A DNA stretch of 64,000 bases from an uncultured bacterium (lineage in GTDB: Bacteria; Acidobacteriota; Thermoanaerobaculia; Multivoradales; JAHZIX01). The stretch spans positions 457,824 to 521,823 of the forward strand of contig CBDUPA010000002.1 in the NCBI GenBank assembly GCA_965368975.1, written 5' to 3'. The notes beneath the pieces were generated by a model. That model was given only the letters and a program-made list of their open reading frames with translations. It ran no database searches and was not told where the DNA came from. The position numbers and the translations under genes are program-made. Below, piece after piece: positions 21,967 through 31,211 of this stretch (its first letter is position 1; every line of letters begins with the position of its first letter).

Positions 21967-23130
21967 CTATTCGATCCAGGACTTGAAGTAATCCGGATCT
22001 TCCAGCGGCAACAGCGGCTTGGCCGCGTACAGTGGACGGAAGGTATCGAACATGACCGCCAGCTCGTCGGTGGCCGGCTGACCGAGCGACGCCTCCATGC
22101 GCCCCGGGTGGGGACCGTGCGGGATGCCATCCGGGTGCAACGTCACCGAGCCGAACTCGATGCCCTTGCGACTCATGAACTCGCTCGAGGCGTAGTAGAT
22201 GACCTCGTCGGACATGACGTTCGAGTGGTTGTACGGCGCCGGGATAGCCGTGGGGTCGAAATCGTAAGGACGCGGACAGAAGGAGCAGACAACGAAACCG
22301 TCGACCTCGAAGGTCTGGTGGATCGGTGGCGGCAAGTGGAAGCGACCGACGCGCGGTTCGAAGTCGTGGATCGACAACGCCCAGGGATAGTAGTAGCCAT
22401 CCCAGCCAACGACATCGAAGGGATGGTGTGCAAGCACCATCTCGGTCAGCGCGTCGTACTGCTTGACCAGCACACGGAACTCACCTTGCTCGTCGTGCGT
22501 GCGCAGCGTTTCCGGCTTGCGGATGTCGCGCTCACAATAGGGAGCATCCTCCATCAGCTGTCCGTGCTCGTTGCGGTAGCGCTTGGGCGTGCGCACGTAG
22601 CCGCCGCACTCGAGAATCAGCATGCGTACCGGCTGCTGGCTGTAGCTGTAGCGATGAACGATGTTGCGCGGAATCACCAGGTAGTCGCCAGGGCGGAATG
22701 GCAGATCGCCGTACTGAGACTCCAGCACGCCCTCGCCCTCGGCCACGTAGACGATCTCGTCACCCTGGCCGTTGCGGTAGAAGAAGTCGTCTTCCTGGTC
22801 GGGTTGTGCGAAGTACGAAGCGACATCCTGGTTGAACAGCACGGGCAGGCGATCGAGCACGGCGCTACCTCCCGCCGGCTGCTGGTGCAGCCGGAAGTGG
22901 CGGTGGCGCAGGCAGGCGTCGCCGTCGGCCTCGAGCTTCATCGAGCGCAGCTGGCGCACCTGCTGGACGCGCGTCGGCGGATACAGGTGATAGAGCAGGG
23001 ACGAGATGCCGACGAAGCCCTTGTTACCGACCAATTCTTCTTGGTACAGCTCGCCGCCCTGCTCTTCCGGCCGCCGGAAGATGCTGTGACGCTTACGCGG
23101 GATCTCGCCGAGACGATGATAGATGGGCAT
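21967..23130 (-). CDS. hmgA: Homogentisate 1,2-dioxygenase
   Basis: 387 aa with HGD family motifs (...LVIPRNIVHRYS..., FCPRPYDFDPTAIPAPYNHSNVMSDEVIYY, GSVTLHPDGIPHGPHPG). Confidence 0.9.
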   Translation of the reverse strand: MPIYHRLGEIPRKRHSIFRRPEEQGGELYQEELVGNKGFVGISSLLYHLYPPTRVQQVRQLRSMKLEADGDACLRHRHFRLHQQPAGGSAVLDRLPVLFNQDVASYFAQPDQEDDFFYRNGQGDEIVYVAEGEGVLESQYGDLPFRPGDYLVIPRNIVHRYSYSQQPVRMLILECGGYVRTPKRYRNEHGQLMEDAPYCERDIRKPETLRTHDEQGEFRVLVKQYDALTEMVLAHHPFDVVGWDGYYYPWALSIHDFEPRVGRFHLPPPIHQTFEVDGFVVCSFCPRPYDFDPTAIPAPYNHSNVMSDEVIYYASSEFMSRKGIEFGSVTLHPDGIPHGPHPGRMEASLGQPATDELAVMFDTFRPLYAAKPLLPLEDPDYFKSWIE

Positions 23131-23170
23131 GAGGTCGTGTCCCTCCTAGGTTTCTGGGGCTTGCTGGGCT

Positions 23171-24280
23171 TCAGAGATTACCGCGCAGCTCTTGCTCGCG
23201 CTCGATCGACTCGAAAAGGGCCTTGAAGTTGCCCTTGCCGAAGCCGCGACTCCCCTTGCGCTGGATCAATTCGTAGAACAGCGTCGGGCGGTCTTCCACC
23301 GGCTTGGTGAACAGCTGTAGCAGATAGCCTTCCTCGTCGCGGTCGACCAGGATACCGAGGTCGTGCACAGCGTCGATCGACTCGTCGATCTTGCCAACGC
23401 GCTGGGGCAGCTCTTCGTAGTAGGTGTCCGGCACTTCCAGGAACTCGACTCCGCAGTCTCGCAGCCGCTGTACGGTCGCCAGGATGTCGTCGGTCAGCAT
23501 CGCGATGTGCTGCACACCCGGACCATTGTAGTAGTCCAGGTACTCTTCGATCTGGCTCTTCTTGCGACCATCCGCAGGCTCGTTGATCGGGAACTTGATG
23601 GCGTAGGAGTTGTCCGACATGACGATGCTCATCAGCGCGGAGTATTCGGTCGAAATATCCTTGTCATCGAAGCTGATGTAGCGATTGAAACCGAGGATGT
23701 TCGAGTACCAGTCCGCCCAGTAATTCATCTTGCCGAGCTCGACGTTGCCAACGATGTGGTCGACCCGCTGAATGCCAACGCTCTCCCCGGGCAGGTTCAG
23801 CGGCTCGAAGCCAGGCAGGAAGGGGCCGTCGTACTTCTTGCCCTTCACACCACCGTTGTGCGAGATCAATGAATGGATCGTGTCGCCGTAGGTCTTGATC
23901 GCGGCGCGCCGCACCACTCCATGCTCGTCTTCCATGTCGTAGGGCTCGACGGCTGGCTCGGCACCGCGCTCCAGGGCCGCTGCGAAGGCGCGGTCGGCGT
24001 CTGCGACTTCGAAAGCGATGTCGCGCACGCCGTCGCCGTGCCGAGTCAGATGCTCCTGGATCTCGTGGTCTTCCTTCTTGAGTGGAGAGGTGAAGACGAA
24101 GCGTGCTTCGTTCTGCTCCAAGGCGTGGGAAGTACGATCCCGCTCGCCTGTCTCGAGCCCGGAGTAGGCGAACTGCGAGAAGCCGAAGGCGTTACGGTAG
24201 AAGAACGCCGCCTGCTTAGCGTTGCCGACCCAGAACTCGATGTGGTGGATGCGCTTCAGCTCCAAGGGATTGTCACTCAT
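23171..24280 (-). CDS. hppD: 4-hydroxyphenylpyruvate dioxygenase
   Basis: 369 aa: [18 protein letters not shown]..., two VOC-fold repeats, [54 protein letters not shown]. Confidence 0.9.
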   Translation of the reverse strand: MSDNPLELKRIHHIEFWVGNAKQAAFFYRNAFGFSQFAYSGLETGERDRTSHALEQNEARFVFTSPLKKEDHEIQEHLTRHGDGVRDIAFEVADADRAFAAALERGAEPAVEPYDMEDEHGVVRRAAIKTYGDTIHSLISHNGGVKGKKYDGPFLPGFEPLNLPGESVGIQRVDHIVGNVELGKMNYWADWYSNILGFNRYISFDDKDISTEYSALMSIVMSDNSYAIKFPINEPADGRKKSQIEEYLDYYNGPGVQHIAMLTDDILATVQRLRDCGVEFLEVPDTYYEELPQRVGKIDESIDAVHDLGILVDRDEEGYLLQLFTKPVEDRPTLFYELIQRKGSRGFGKGNFKALFESIEREQELRGNL

Positions 24281-24339
24281 GTCGGAAGCTCCTTTGGCAT
24301 ATCTTCAAAGCTATGGTCTTGGGGACTGCGGGCTCTTGG

Positions 24340-24371
24340 GCGGTTGAGAGAACCGAGCGGTTGAGAAGACC
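24340..24371. promoter_or_regulatory. Two 15-bp direct repeats (gcggttgagaRaacc) upstream of hppD; candidate transcription-factor site
   Basis: gcggttgagagaacc (24340-24354) and gcggttgagaagacc (24357-24371), 60-90 bp upstream of the hppD start on the minus strand. Confidence 0.3.
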
Positions 24372-24475
24372 GGAGGAAGGTACCGGCGACCGCACGAAAG
24401 TGTAGCAAAGTCCAGGAGTCTCTGAAGAAGTACCGAATTATCTTCAGGCGTCGGCGGCACAGCATCGAGCATCCC

Positions 24476-24514
24476 GGAAGTTCTGCGGCCTCAATGGGAT
24501 TGAGCCGCAGAATT
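24476..24514 (-). terminator. Long near-perfect hairpin immediately after the ABC-exporter ATPase stop (candidate terminator)
   Basis: gaagttctgcggc-ctcaatgggattgag-gccgcagaattc; the outer arms ttctgcggc/gccgcagaa and the inner tcaat/attga are inverted repeats. No U-tract. Confidence 0.45.
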
Positions 24515-25804
24515 CTACCTGGGATAGCCGCCGTCGGAGTGCTGTCGATCCTTCCAGGCGACCCCACCCTGGAAGGTCCACGCATGCTCCGGCGCATAGA
24601 CGCCGGCGCTCTTGCGTGGTGCCTCGACGGTGAAGCCGAGCGCACCCTCTCGGTAGTCGTAGGGCGCACCGTCGCGGGCGTGTACGGCCACGTCGAGCCG
24701 GTACTCGCCGGCGGCCAGGCGCAGCGCCGGACAGCGCACACGCACCCGCACGTCGCCGTCGAAACGGTCCGGCACCAACCCAGCCAACTCGGTGTTCGTG
24801 CCCCAACAGTCGACGCCGCGCGGCGTCGCGATGTTGACGCCAAAGACGAAATCGTCCAGCGGCACGCGGGCCCGCGCGTCAATCTCGATCTCCACGGCCT
24901 CGCCGCTGGTGAAGAGGTAACGCTCGCCCCCCTCGCTGCCGCGCAGCGTCACATTGACGATCTCAGCCTCGCGCGAACCCCAGCGCCGCCCCTCTTCGCC
25001 CTCAGCCTCGGCCTCGGCCTGCGTCCTGACCTTGTCATCCTGGTGCATACGCCCTTCGGCCTGAGCGACAGCGTGACGGTAGGCGTCGACCACTCGCCGC
25101 GGCTCGCCCAGCTCACGGGGCACGCCCCGATCGAGCCAGAGCACGCGGTCGCACAGGTCGAGCACCAGATCCAGGGAGTGGCTGACAAAGAGTACGGTGG
25201 CCCCTTTGGACAGCATCTCTTCGATGCGCCGCAAGCAGCGATGGGCGAAAGCCTCATCACCGACCGCCAAAACCTCGTCGACCAGCAAGACATCTGGATC
25301 CGTGTGGACGGCAACCGCGAAGCCGAGGCGCACATACATACCGGAAGAGTAGTTCTTGACCGGCTCTTCCATGAACTCACCGAGACCGGAGAACTCGACG
25401 ATCTCGTCATAGCGGCGATCGAGCTCCTTGCGACTCAACCCGAGCAAGGTTCCGTTGATGTAGAGGTTCTCCCGCCCCGAGATTTCGGGGTGGAACCCAG
25501 CGCCAAGTTCGATCAGCGCCGCCAGACGGCCATCGACCTCGACGCTCCCCTCGGTGGGCTGCAGGATGCCGGCCACCGTCTTGAGTAGCGTCGACTTACC
25601 TGACCCATTGCCGCCCACGACGCCGAAGGCCTCGCCGCGGCCGACCTCGAAGTTGACCTCGGACAGCGCTCGGATCGCCTCCCCCTGGCGCAGACCGCGC
25701 GTGAGATTGCCGTCGAGCAGGGCACTCTTCAGTGTCCGCAGCTGCGCACCCGGCACCATCCGGCGGTAGAGCTTGGTCAATCCCTGGACGCGGATCACAC
25801 TCAT
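24515..25804 (-). CDS. Polysaccharide/teichoic-acid-type ABC exporter ATP-binding protein (Wzt/TagH/KpsT family) with a C-terminal substrate-binding extension
   Basis: Walker [14 protein letters not shown]-like YSSGMYVRLGFAVAV, Walker B LLVDEVLAVGD, plus a ~170-aa C-terminal domain. Confidence 0.8.
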   Translation of the reverse strand: MSVIRVQGLTKLYRRMVPGAQLRTLKSALLDGNLTRGLRQGEAIRALSEVNFEVGRGEAFGVVGGNGSGKSTLLKTVAGILQPTEGSVEVDGRLAALIELGAGFHPEISGRENLYINGTLLGLSRKELDRRYDEIVEFSGLGEFMEEPVKNYSSGMYVRLGFAVAVHTDPDVLLVDEVLAVGDEAFAHRCLRRIEEMLSKGATVLFVSHSLDLVLDLCDRVLWLDRGVPRELGEPRRVVDAYRHAVAQAEGRMHQDDKVRTQAEAEAEGEEGRRWGSREAEIVNVTLRGSEGGERYLFTSGEAVEIEIDARARVPLDDFVFGVNIATPRGVDCWGTNTELAGLVPDRFDGDVRVRVRCPALRLAAGEYRLDVAVHARDGAPYDYREGALGFTVEAPRKSAGVYAPEHAWTFQGGVAWKDRQHSDGGYPR

Positions 25805-25816
25805 GGCAGCTGTCTC

Positions 25817-26626
25817 CTAGGCCAACTCGACCAGCGTCTCGCGCAGACGCGCGAACAACCACGCGCCGCAGGCGAGAGCGACGAGACTGATCGACAACAT
25901 CTGCAGCCATAGCCAGGCACCGGGAACGGTGCCGTCGACCAGCACTTGTTGGTAGGCCATGGTGTAGGGCGTGAAGGGATTGAAGAGAATCGCCCGACGC
26001 AGCAAGAGCACAGGAATCTGCTCCAACGGATAGAGGATCGGCGTCAAGAAGAAGAGCAGGGTCAGGACGTTGGCGAGCAGATCCTTGACGTCGCGGAACA
26101 GCGCATTCAGCGCTGCCAGACCGAGGGTCAAGCCGGCGACCATCGGCAGCTGGATCACCATCACCAGCGGCAACAGCAGCATCCCCCAGCCGCCAGCCTG
26201 GAGGCCGAGCATGCGCGCACCGGCAAGGGCCAGCAGCAGGATCGGCAGCGCGTACAAGAAGTGCACCAAGTGCGTCAGCACGACTACCAGCGGCGGCAGT
26301 TCGACGGGAAAGACCGCCTTGCGAATCAGGGCCGAGTGCGTGGTCAACGACACCGCGCCCTCCAGCAAGGAACTGGAGACCCAGATCCAGGGAAACAGGC
26401 CAGCGACCAGGAACAGCGGGTACAGTCCCTGCGCACCACCGCGCAGCTCCCCGCCGGCAAAGATGACGCCGAACACCAGGGTGTACACAGCCGTCAACAG
26501 CAGCGGATTGACCAGCGACCAGAAAAAGCCGAGAACCGACCCGCGGTACCGTGCCTTGATCTCCCGCTGCGTGAGCGTGAAGAGCAGGGCTCGGTGCCGC
26601 ACGATCTGGCTTAGGCTGCGCAACAT
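25817..26626 (-). CDS. ABC-2 type exporter permease (Wzm/TagG/KpsM family)
   Basis: 269 aa, six TM helices. N-terminal ...LTQREIKARYRGSVLGFFWSLVNPLL... is the ABC-2 signature. Confidence 0.8.
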   Translation of the reverse strand: MLRSLSQIVRHRALLFTLTQREIKARYRGSVLGFFWSLVNPLLLTAVYTLVFGVIFAGGELRGGAQGLYPLFLVAGLFPWIWVSSSLLEGAVSLTTHSALIRKAVFPVELPPLVVVLTHLVHFLYALPILLLALAGARMLGLQAGGWGMLLLPLVMVIQLPMVAGLTLGLAALNALFRDVKDLLANVLTLLFFLTPILYPLEQIPVLLLRRAILFNPFTPYTMAYQQVLVDGTVPGAWLWLQMLSISLVALACGAWLFARLRETLVELA

Positions 26627-26651
26627 GTGGTGGAACTCTTACGGAACTTCA

Positions 26652-26686
26652 GATGCAAAAGGCCCCTCCCGCTGACGGGAGAGGCC
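26652..26686 (-). terminator. Rho-independent terminator after the substrate-binding-protein gene
   Basis: ggcccctcccg-ctga-cgggagaggcc (11-bp stem, 1 mismatch) followed on the minus strand by UUUUG (plus-strand caaaa at 26656-26660). Confidence 0.6.
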
Positions 26687-26774
26687 GGTGCCAGGCTTCG
26701 CAAGCCGGCGTCGTCTTCGGTGCGGTGCTCGGCGCGATGCTCGGTGCGATGCTCGGTGAAGCGCGCCAGGCGGC

Positions 26775-27977
26775 TCAGCCGTCGCTGCCGCTGACCAGCT
26801 CGCGCCGCTCGTTCTGAATCTGCTGGTACTGGCGCAACAGGATTTCTCGCTGTTCCTTGACCCAGACTTCGTGGTCGACCGCCTTGCCTTCGACGATCAG
26901 GTAGACGCGCGGCCACTTCTGGACATCGCCCTTCTCGTCGAACTGCAGGATGCCGGTAGCGCCCTGCAGATCGCCCAGGCTGCGAAGGCCGCGCCAGAAG
27001 TTGGTCGGACGGTCGGCCCCCTTCTGCAGGGCCTGGCAGAACACCAGCATCGCATCGTACCCGTGCGCGGCGTAGATGTCCGGCTTTTCGCCATACTGCG
27101 CTTCATAGGTGCTGACGAAGTTGGTCAGGCGCTCCGTGTCCGGGTTGCTCGGATCATAGGGCGGATGGGTGATGTAAACCCCTTCGCCCGCCTCGCCAGC
27201 GGCCGTGATCGACTCCTGGGTGGCGAACGCCGAGACGGTGAGAACGCGACCTTCGAAGCCTTTCTCACTGAGCAGCTTGATCTGCTCGACCAAGACATCC
27301 GCGTAGTCCGCCAGGTAGACGGCATCGGGGTTCAGCTCGACGACGCGATCGACCAGGGCGCTGAAGTCCTGGGTGTCCTTGGGATACTCGATCGCCTCCA
27401 GCACCTGGCCACCGTTCTGCTCGAAGGAGCTGGCGAACACCGCCTGGATGCCCTTGGCGTACTCGGACTCGGCTGCCAGCGTCACGGCGGTCTCGAGGTT
27501 GATCTTCTGACGCGCGTACTCGCCCATCTTCATACCTTCGCGGTAGTCCGAAGGCCAGACGCGGTAGAAGAGACGCGAGATGCCGGTCAGATCCGGGGTC
27601 GAGGCCGACGGCGAGAGCAGCACGCGGTTGTACTCATCCGCCACCTGCACCATGGCCCGGGCTTCGGGTGTGGTGACACCGCCGATAACCGCCCAGGCGC
27701 CTGCGCTGTATTCCTGCCCCAGGACCTCTTTGGCCCGTTCAGGGTTGCTCTCGGAGTCGAGAACTTCCAGCTGAATCGCCGGAGCACCTTCGTCCGCCTG
27801 ACACTCGGCCAGCCCGACATCGATGCCGCGGCGGATCACTTCGCCGTAGTTCTGCCACTCACCGGAGAGCGGCAACACAGCGCCTAGGCGGACGGTGTCC
27901 TGCCCCGGGCAACCGGTTAGAAAGAGAGCCGCGACCAGGCACAGCGCCAGCAGTGCGAGTCCGTTTCGGATACTCAT
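26775..27977 (-). CDS. Periplasmic substrate-binding lipoprotein (LivJ/LivK-like type 1 PBP, ABC transporter)
   Basis: Lipobox LTGC after the signal peptide MSIRNGLALLALCLVAALFLTGC. Start chosen at ATG 27977, preceded by GGAAGGGA. Type-I PBP fold (RLGAVLPLSGEWQNYGE...). Confidence 0.75.
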   Translation of the reverse strand: MSIRNGLALLALCLVAALFLTGCPGQDTVRLGAVLPLSGEWQNYGEVIRRGIDVGLAECQADEGAPAIQLEVLDSESNPERAKEVLGQEYSAGAWAVIGGVTTPEARAMVQVADEYNRVLLSPSASTPDLTGISRLFYRVWPSDYREGMKMGEYARQKINLETAVTLAAESEYAKGIQAVFASSFEQNGGQVLEAIEYPKDTQDFSALVDRVVELNPDAVYLADYADVLVEQIKLLSEKGFEGRVLTVSAFATQESITAAGEAGEGVYITHPPYDPSNPDTERLTNFVSTYEAQYGEKPDIYAAHGYDAMLVFCQALQKGADRPTNFWRGLRSLGDLQGATGILQFDEKGDVQKWPRVYLIVEGKAVDHEVWVKEQREILLRQYQQIQNERRELVSGSDG

Positions 27978-28099
27978 AACTATCCCTTCCGAATGTCGAT
28001 CGTGCTTGAGTCGTTTTTCATGCATAACTCTTCACCACCGGCCGTTTCTAACTCAGGGTACCAACCCTGTCAAGTTGAGTCACAGGGACAGGTCGCGAC

Positions 28100-29281
28100 T
28101 CAGGTACCGCGCAGCGCCGTCGCCACGGGCTGGCGCGCGGCCTGGATGGCGGGCAACAGGCCGCCGAGCAAGCCTATGAGCAAGGCGTAGAAGATGCCCC
28201 GCAGCAACAGCTCCGGCGTCACAGCAAAAGCGAAGGTCACCTGACTGAAGGTCTGCCAGTTCATGGTCGCGGCCTGGTAGCCGTTGAACCCAAGATAGGC
28301 CAGCACGCCCCCGACCGTGCCGCCGAGCGCCGCGAGCACCAGGGATTCGACCAGGATCGACACCACGACCGGAAACCTAGTGAAACCGAGCGCGCGCAGC
28401 GTCGCAATCTCGGTGCTACGGCTGGCAACCGCCGAGTACATGGTGATCAAGGCGCCGAAGATGGCACCTAGGCCCATCAGGAAGGCGACAACACCACCAA
28501 CCATCGACACCAGGCCAACCAGGACTTCCGACTGCTGCGCGTAATAGGTGTCCGTGGCAAAGACATCGACGTCGAGACGCGGGTCCGAGGTCAGCGCATC
28601 CTTGAACGGGCCAAAGTCGTCGACCGACTCGAGGCGCGCATACACCGATTGAAAACTGTTACCGCGCCGGTAGGCGGGCTGGAGCACCTTGGCATCGCAC
28701 CACAGCTCACTCTCTTCTACCGCGCCACCGACACTGAAGACGCCGACCACGGTCCAGCTGCTCTGACCGAGTTCGAGCTTCGAGCCCAGGTCGACATCGA
28801 ACTCGCGCAGCGCCCCGACGCCCACGACCACCTCGTTGCGCCCCGGCGTGAAACGCCGTCCGTCCACGATCTCGACGTTGTCGCGCACCTCGAAGGCCTC
28901 GGTCTGCACCCCGCGCAGCGGCACGTTGGCATCGGTGCCCGTTCCGCGCTTGGGCAAGTTGATGATGACGAAAAGCTCCGAGGACGCCAGCGGGTTGCCA
29001 TCGGTGTCGCGGGCCAGTCCGGGCGCGTCGGCGATGATCCGGGTGCTGTCCTGACTCAGACCGCTGGTCATCTCGCTCTCGCTACCGGCGCGCAGCACGA
29101 TGGCGAGGTCTGGCGAGCCCGCGGTGTTCATGGTCGCCTGCACACCGGCGGCGATCGACAGCATGGCGACGAAGACGGCTACGACACCGGCGACACCAAC
29201 GGCAGCGACGGTCGACGGGCCGAGACGCTGAGGCAGGCTCTGCAGACTGATGCGAGTGACTGCCAGGATTTGTTTGAGCAT
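28100..29281 (-). CDS. FtsX-family ABC transporter permease (MacB/LolC-like)
   Basis: Start chosen at MLKQILAVTRISLQSL (ATG 29281), preceded by GAGGAG. N-terminal TM, large periplasmic loop, C-terminal 3-TM FtsX domain. Confidence 0.8.
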   Translation of the reverse strand: MLKQILAVTRISLQSLPQRLGPSTVAAVGVAGVVAVFVAMLSIAAGVQATMNTAGSPDLAIVLRAGSESEMTSGLSQDSTRIIADAPGLARDTDGNPLASSELFVIINLPKRGTGTDANVPLRGVQTEAFEVRDNVEIVDGRRFTPGRNEVVVGVGALREFDVDLGSKLELGQSSWTVVGVFSVGGAVEESELWCDAKVLQPAYRRGNSFQSVYARLESVDDFGPFKDALTSDPRLDVDVFATDTYYAQQSEVLVGLVSMVGGVVAFLMGLGAIFGALITMYSAVASRSTEIATLRALGFTRFPVVVSILVESLVLAALGGTVGGVLAYLGFNGYQAATMNWQTFSQVTFAFAVTPELLLRGIFYALLIGLLGGLLPAIQAARQPVATALRGT

Positions 29282-29327
29282 GGGATGATCTCCTCTTCTG
29301 CCTCTAAGACAGTTCTGCCAGCAAGAT

Positions 29328-30476
29328 TCAGTCGCGCCGCAGCGCTTCAGCGACCTGTAGACGCTTCGCTTGCAGACCCGGTACCAAGCCGATGACGACG
29401 CCGAAGACCAGTACCAGGACGCCTCCCAGAACCAGCTTCTGCGCCGGAATGTAGAACACCGGCAGCGCACCGCCGGTCGGATCGCCACCCAGCGTCAGCA
29501 CCCAGGCCGTCAGCAGACCCAGGCCACCACCGAGCACCGCCAACAGGCACGACTCCGCGAGGACCATCGCCAAGACACCAGCATCGGTGAAGCCGATCGC
29601 CTTGAGCACCGCCAGTTCGTTGGTGCGCTCGCGAACCGCTTGCGCCATGGTGTTGCCCACCACCAGCAGCAAGAGGAAGAAGACCACGGACAACACCGCG
29701 CGCACGATGGCGCCGATGTCCCCGATCTGCTTGGCGAAGGCTTGGACGAAGGCGAGTTCCGTCGCGGTGCTGGTCTCCGCCGACGAGTTGGCGAACATCG
29801 CATCGATCTGCTCAGCGATCTCTTCGGATCGCTCGGGCTCGTCGACGGTCACCACGTACCAACCCGCCAGGCCCGGACCGCCGGAGACTTCGTCGAGGTA
29901 GTCGTAGTGGAAGAAGAAGCCGGTCAGATCCGTATTCTTGTCGTCGCTGTCGTAGATCCCTACCAGCTCGAATTCCCAGGCCGACGCATCCTGCTTGCGC
30001 CAGATGGTGCCCATGATCGGCACGATGTCGCCGACCTCCCAGCCGTAGCGTTCCGCCAGCACGCGTCCTGCAACGGCGCCGCGACGCGTGCGCTGCCAGG
30101 CTGCTTGCTGATCCTCCGGCACCTGGTACTCCGGGTACGACTGCAGGAACTCCTCCGGCTCGACGGCGATGCGGGCGAAGAAGTTCTTCGGATCTTGGTA
30201 GACACCGCCGAACCACGTCTGGTGGCTAGCGACGGACACGCCCTCGATGCGACCGATGCGCTCTTTGTAGCTGACGGGGAGCAACTGGATGAGCGACACC
30301 TTGTGCCGCACGACCAGGCGATCGTTGCCCGCCAGGCTGACACCGGCATCGAAGGCCTGCTGCACGGCGGCCAACAAGCCGAAGAGCAGGAAGGCGACGA
30401 AGATACAGCCGAAGGCCAGGATGACTCGCAGCGGCCGGCGGCGCAGGTTCGCCCAGAGCAGGCCAAGGTACTTCAT
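29328..30476 (-). CDS. FtsX-family ABC transporter permease (second paralogous copy)
   Basis: MKYLGLLWANLRRRPLRVILAFGCIFVAFLL..., same topology as the downstream permease. Confidence 0.8.
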   Translation of the reverse strand: MKYLGLLWANLRRRPLRVILAFGCIFVAFLLFGLLAAVQQAFDAGVSLAGNDRLVVRHKVSLIQLLPVSYKERIGRIEGVSVASHQTWFGGVYQDPKNFFARIAVEPEEFLQSYPEYQVPEDQQAAWQRTRRGAVAGRVLAERYGWEVGDIVPIMGTIWRKQDASAWEFELVGIYDSDDKNTDLTGFFFHYDYLDEVSGGPGLAGWYVVTVDEPERSEEIAEQIDAMFANSSAETSTATELAFVQAFAKQIGDIGAIVRAVLSVVFFLLLLVVGNTMAQAVRERTNELAVLKAIGFTDAGVLAMVLAESCLLAVLGGGLGLLTAWVLTLGGDPTGGALPVFYIPAQKLVLGGVLVLVFGVVIGLVPGLQAKRLQVAEALRRD

Positions 30477-31189
30477 GCCGCGGCTCCCAGCTTGCCTTTG
30501 TCCAAGTGCAACACACGAGTCGCGCGCTCGGCAGCGGCCGGGTCGTGCGTGACCATGATGATGGTCTTGCCGTGCTCCTGGTTCAGCGCCTGCAGCAAGT
30601 CCAGGATTTCGTCACCACTCTGACGGTCGAGGTCGCCTGTGGGCTCGTCGCACAGCAGTAGCGTTGGATCTGTGACGATGGCGCGGGCAATACCCACGCG
30701 CTGGGCCTGACCACCAGAAAGCTGGCGCGGATAGTGGTTCGCACGGTCCGACAGGCCGACCAGCGCCAGCGCGGTTTCTACCTGACGCTTGCGGCGACTG
30801 CCATTGAGTGACGTCAGCAGCAAGGGCAGCTCGACGTTGCGCTCGGCGTTGAGCACCGGCATCAGGTTGTAGAACTGAAAGATGAAGCCAACGTGGCGCG
30901 AGCGCCAGCGGGCCAGCTGCGAGTCGCTGAGCGCGCTGATGCGCTCCCGACCTACGTGGACCTCGCCACGGCTCGGTCGATCGAGGCCACCGATCAGGTT
31001 CAGCAAGGTGCTCTTGCCGGAACCGGACGGTCCCATCAACGCCAGGAACTCACCGCTCTGCACGTCGAGATCGAGGCCATCGAGCACGTCGATGCGCTCG
31101 GATCCGCGGTGATAGATCTTGTGCACGTCGCGCACCTTCACCAGCGTGTCTTTGGAAAGGCCTTCACCGGAAGAGATCGTCTCAGACAT
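30473..31189 (-). CDS. ABC transporter ATP-binding protein (MacB/LolD-type)
   Basis: VRDVHKIY, Walker A GPSGSGKST, signature LSGGQAQRVGIARA, Walker B LLLCDEPTGDLD. Start chosen at MSETISS (ATG 31189), preceded by GAGGAG. Confidence 0.85.
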   Translation of the reverse strand: MSETISSGEGLSKDTLVKVRDVHKIYHRGSERIDVLDGLDLDVQSGEFLALMGPSGSGKSTLLNLIGGLDRPSRGEVHVGRERISALSDSQLARWRSRHVGFIFQFYNLMPVLNAERNVELPLLLTSLNGSRRKRQVETALALVGLSDRANHYPRQLSGGQAQRVGIARAIVTDPTLLLCDEPTGDLDRQSGDEILDLLQALNQEHGKTIIMVTHDPAAAERATRVLHLDKGKLGAAA

Positions 31190-31211
31190 AGCAACTCCTC
31201 TGCATTGCGAT

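Noticed and set aside
26706-26760. 12-bp tandem repeat gcgatgctcggt x2-3 between the SBP gene and wzm as a functional array
   Set aside because: Short, imperfect and adjacent to a clear intrinsic terminator. Most likely simple slippage sequence in a 3-prime UTR; no coding or structural signal.
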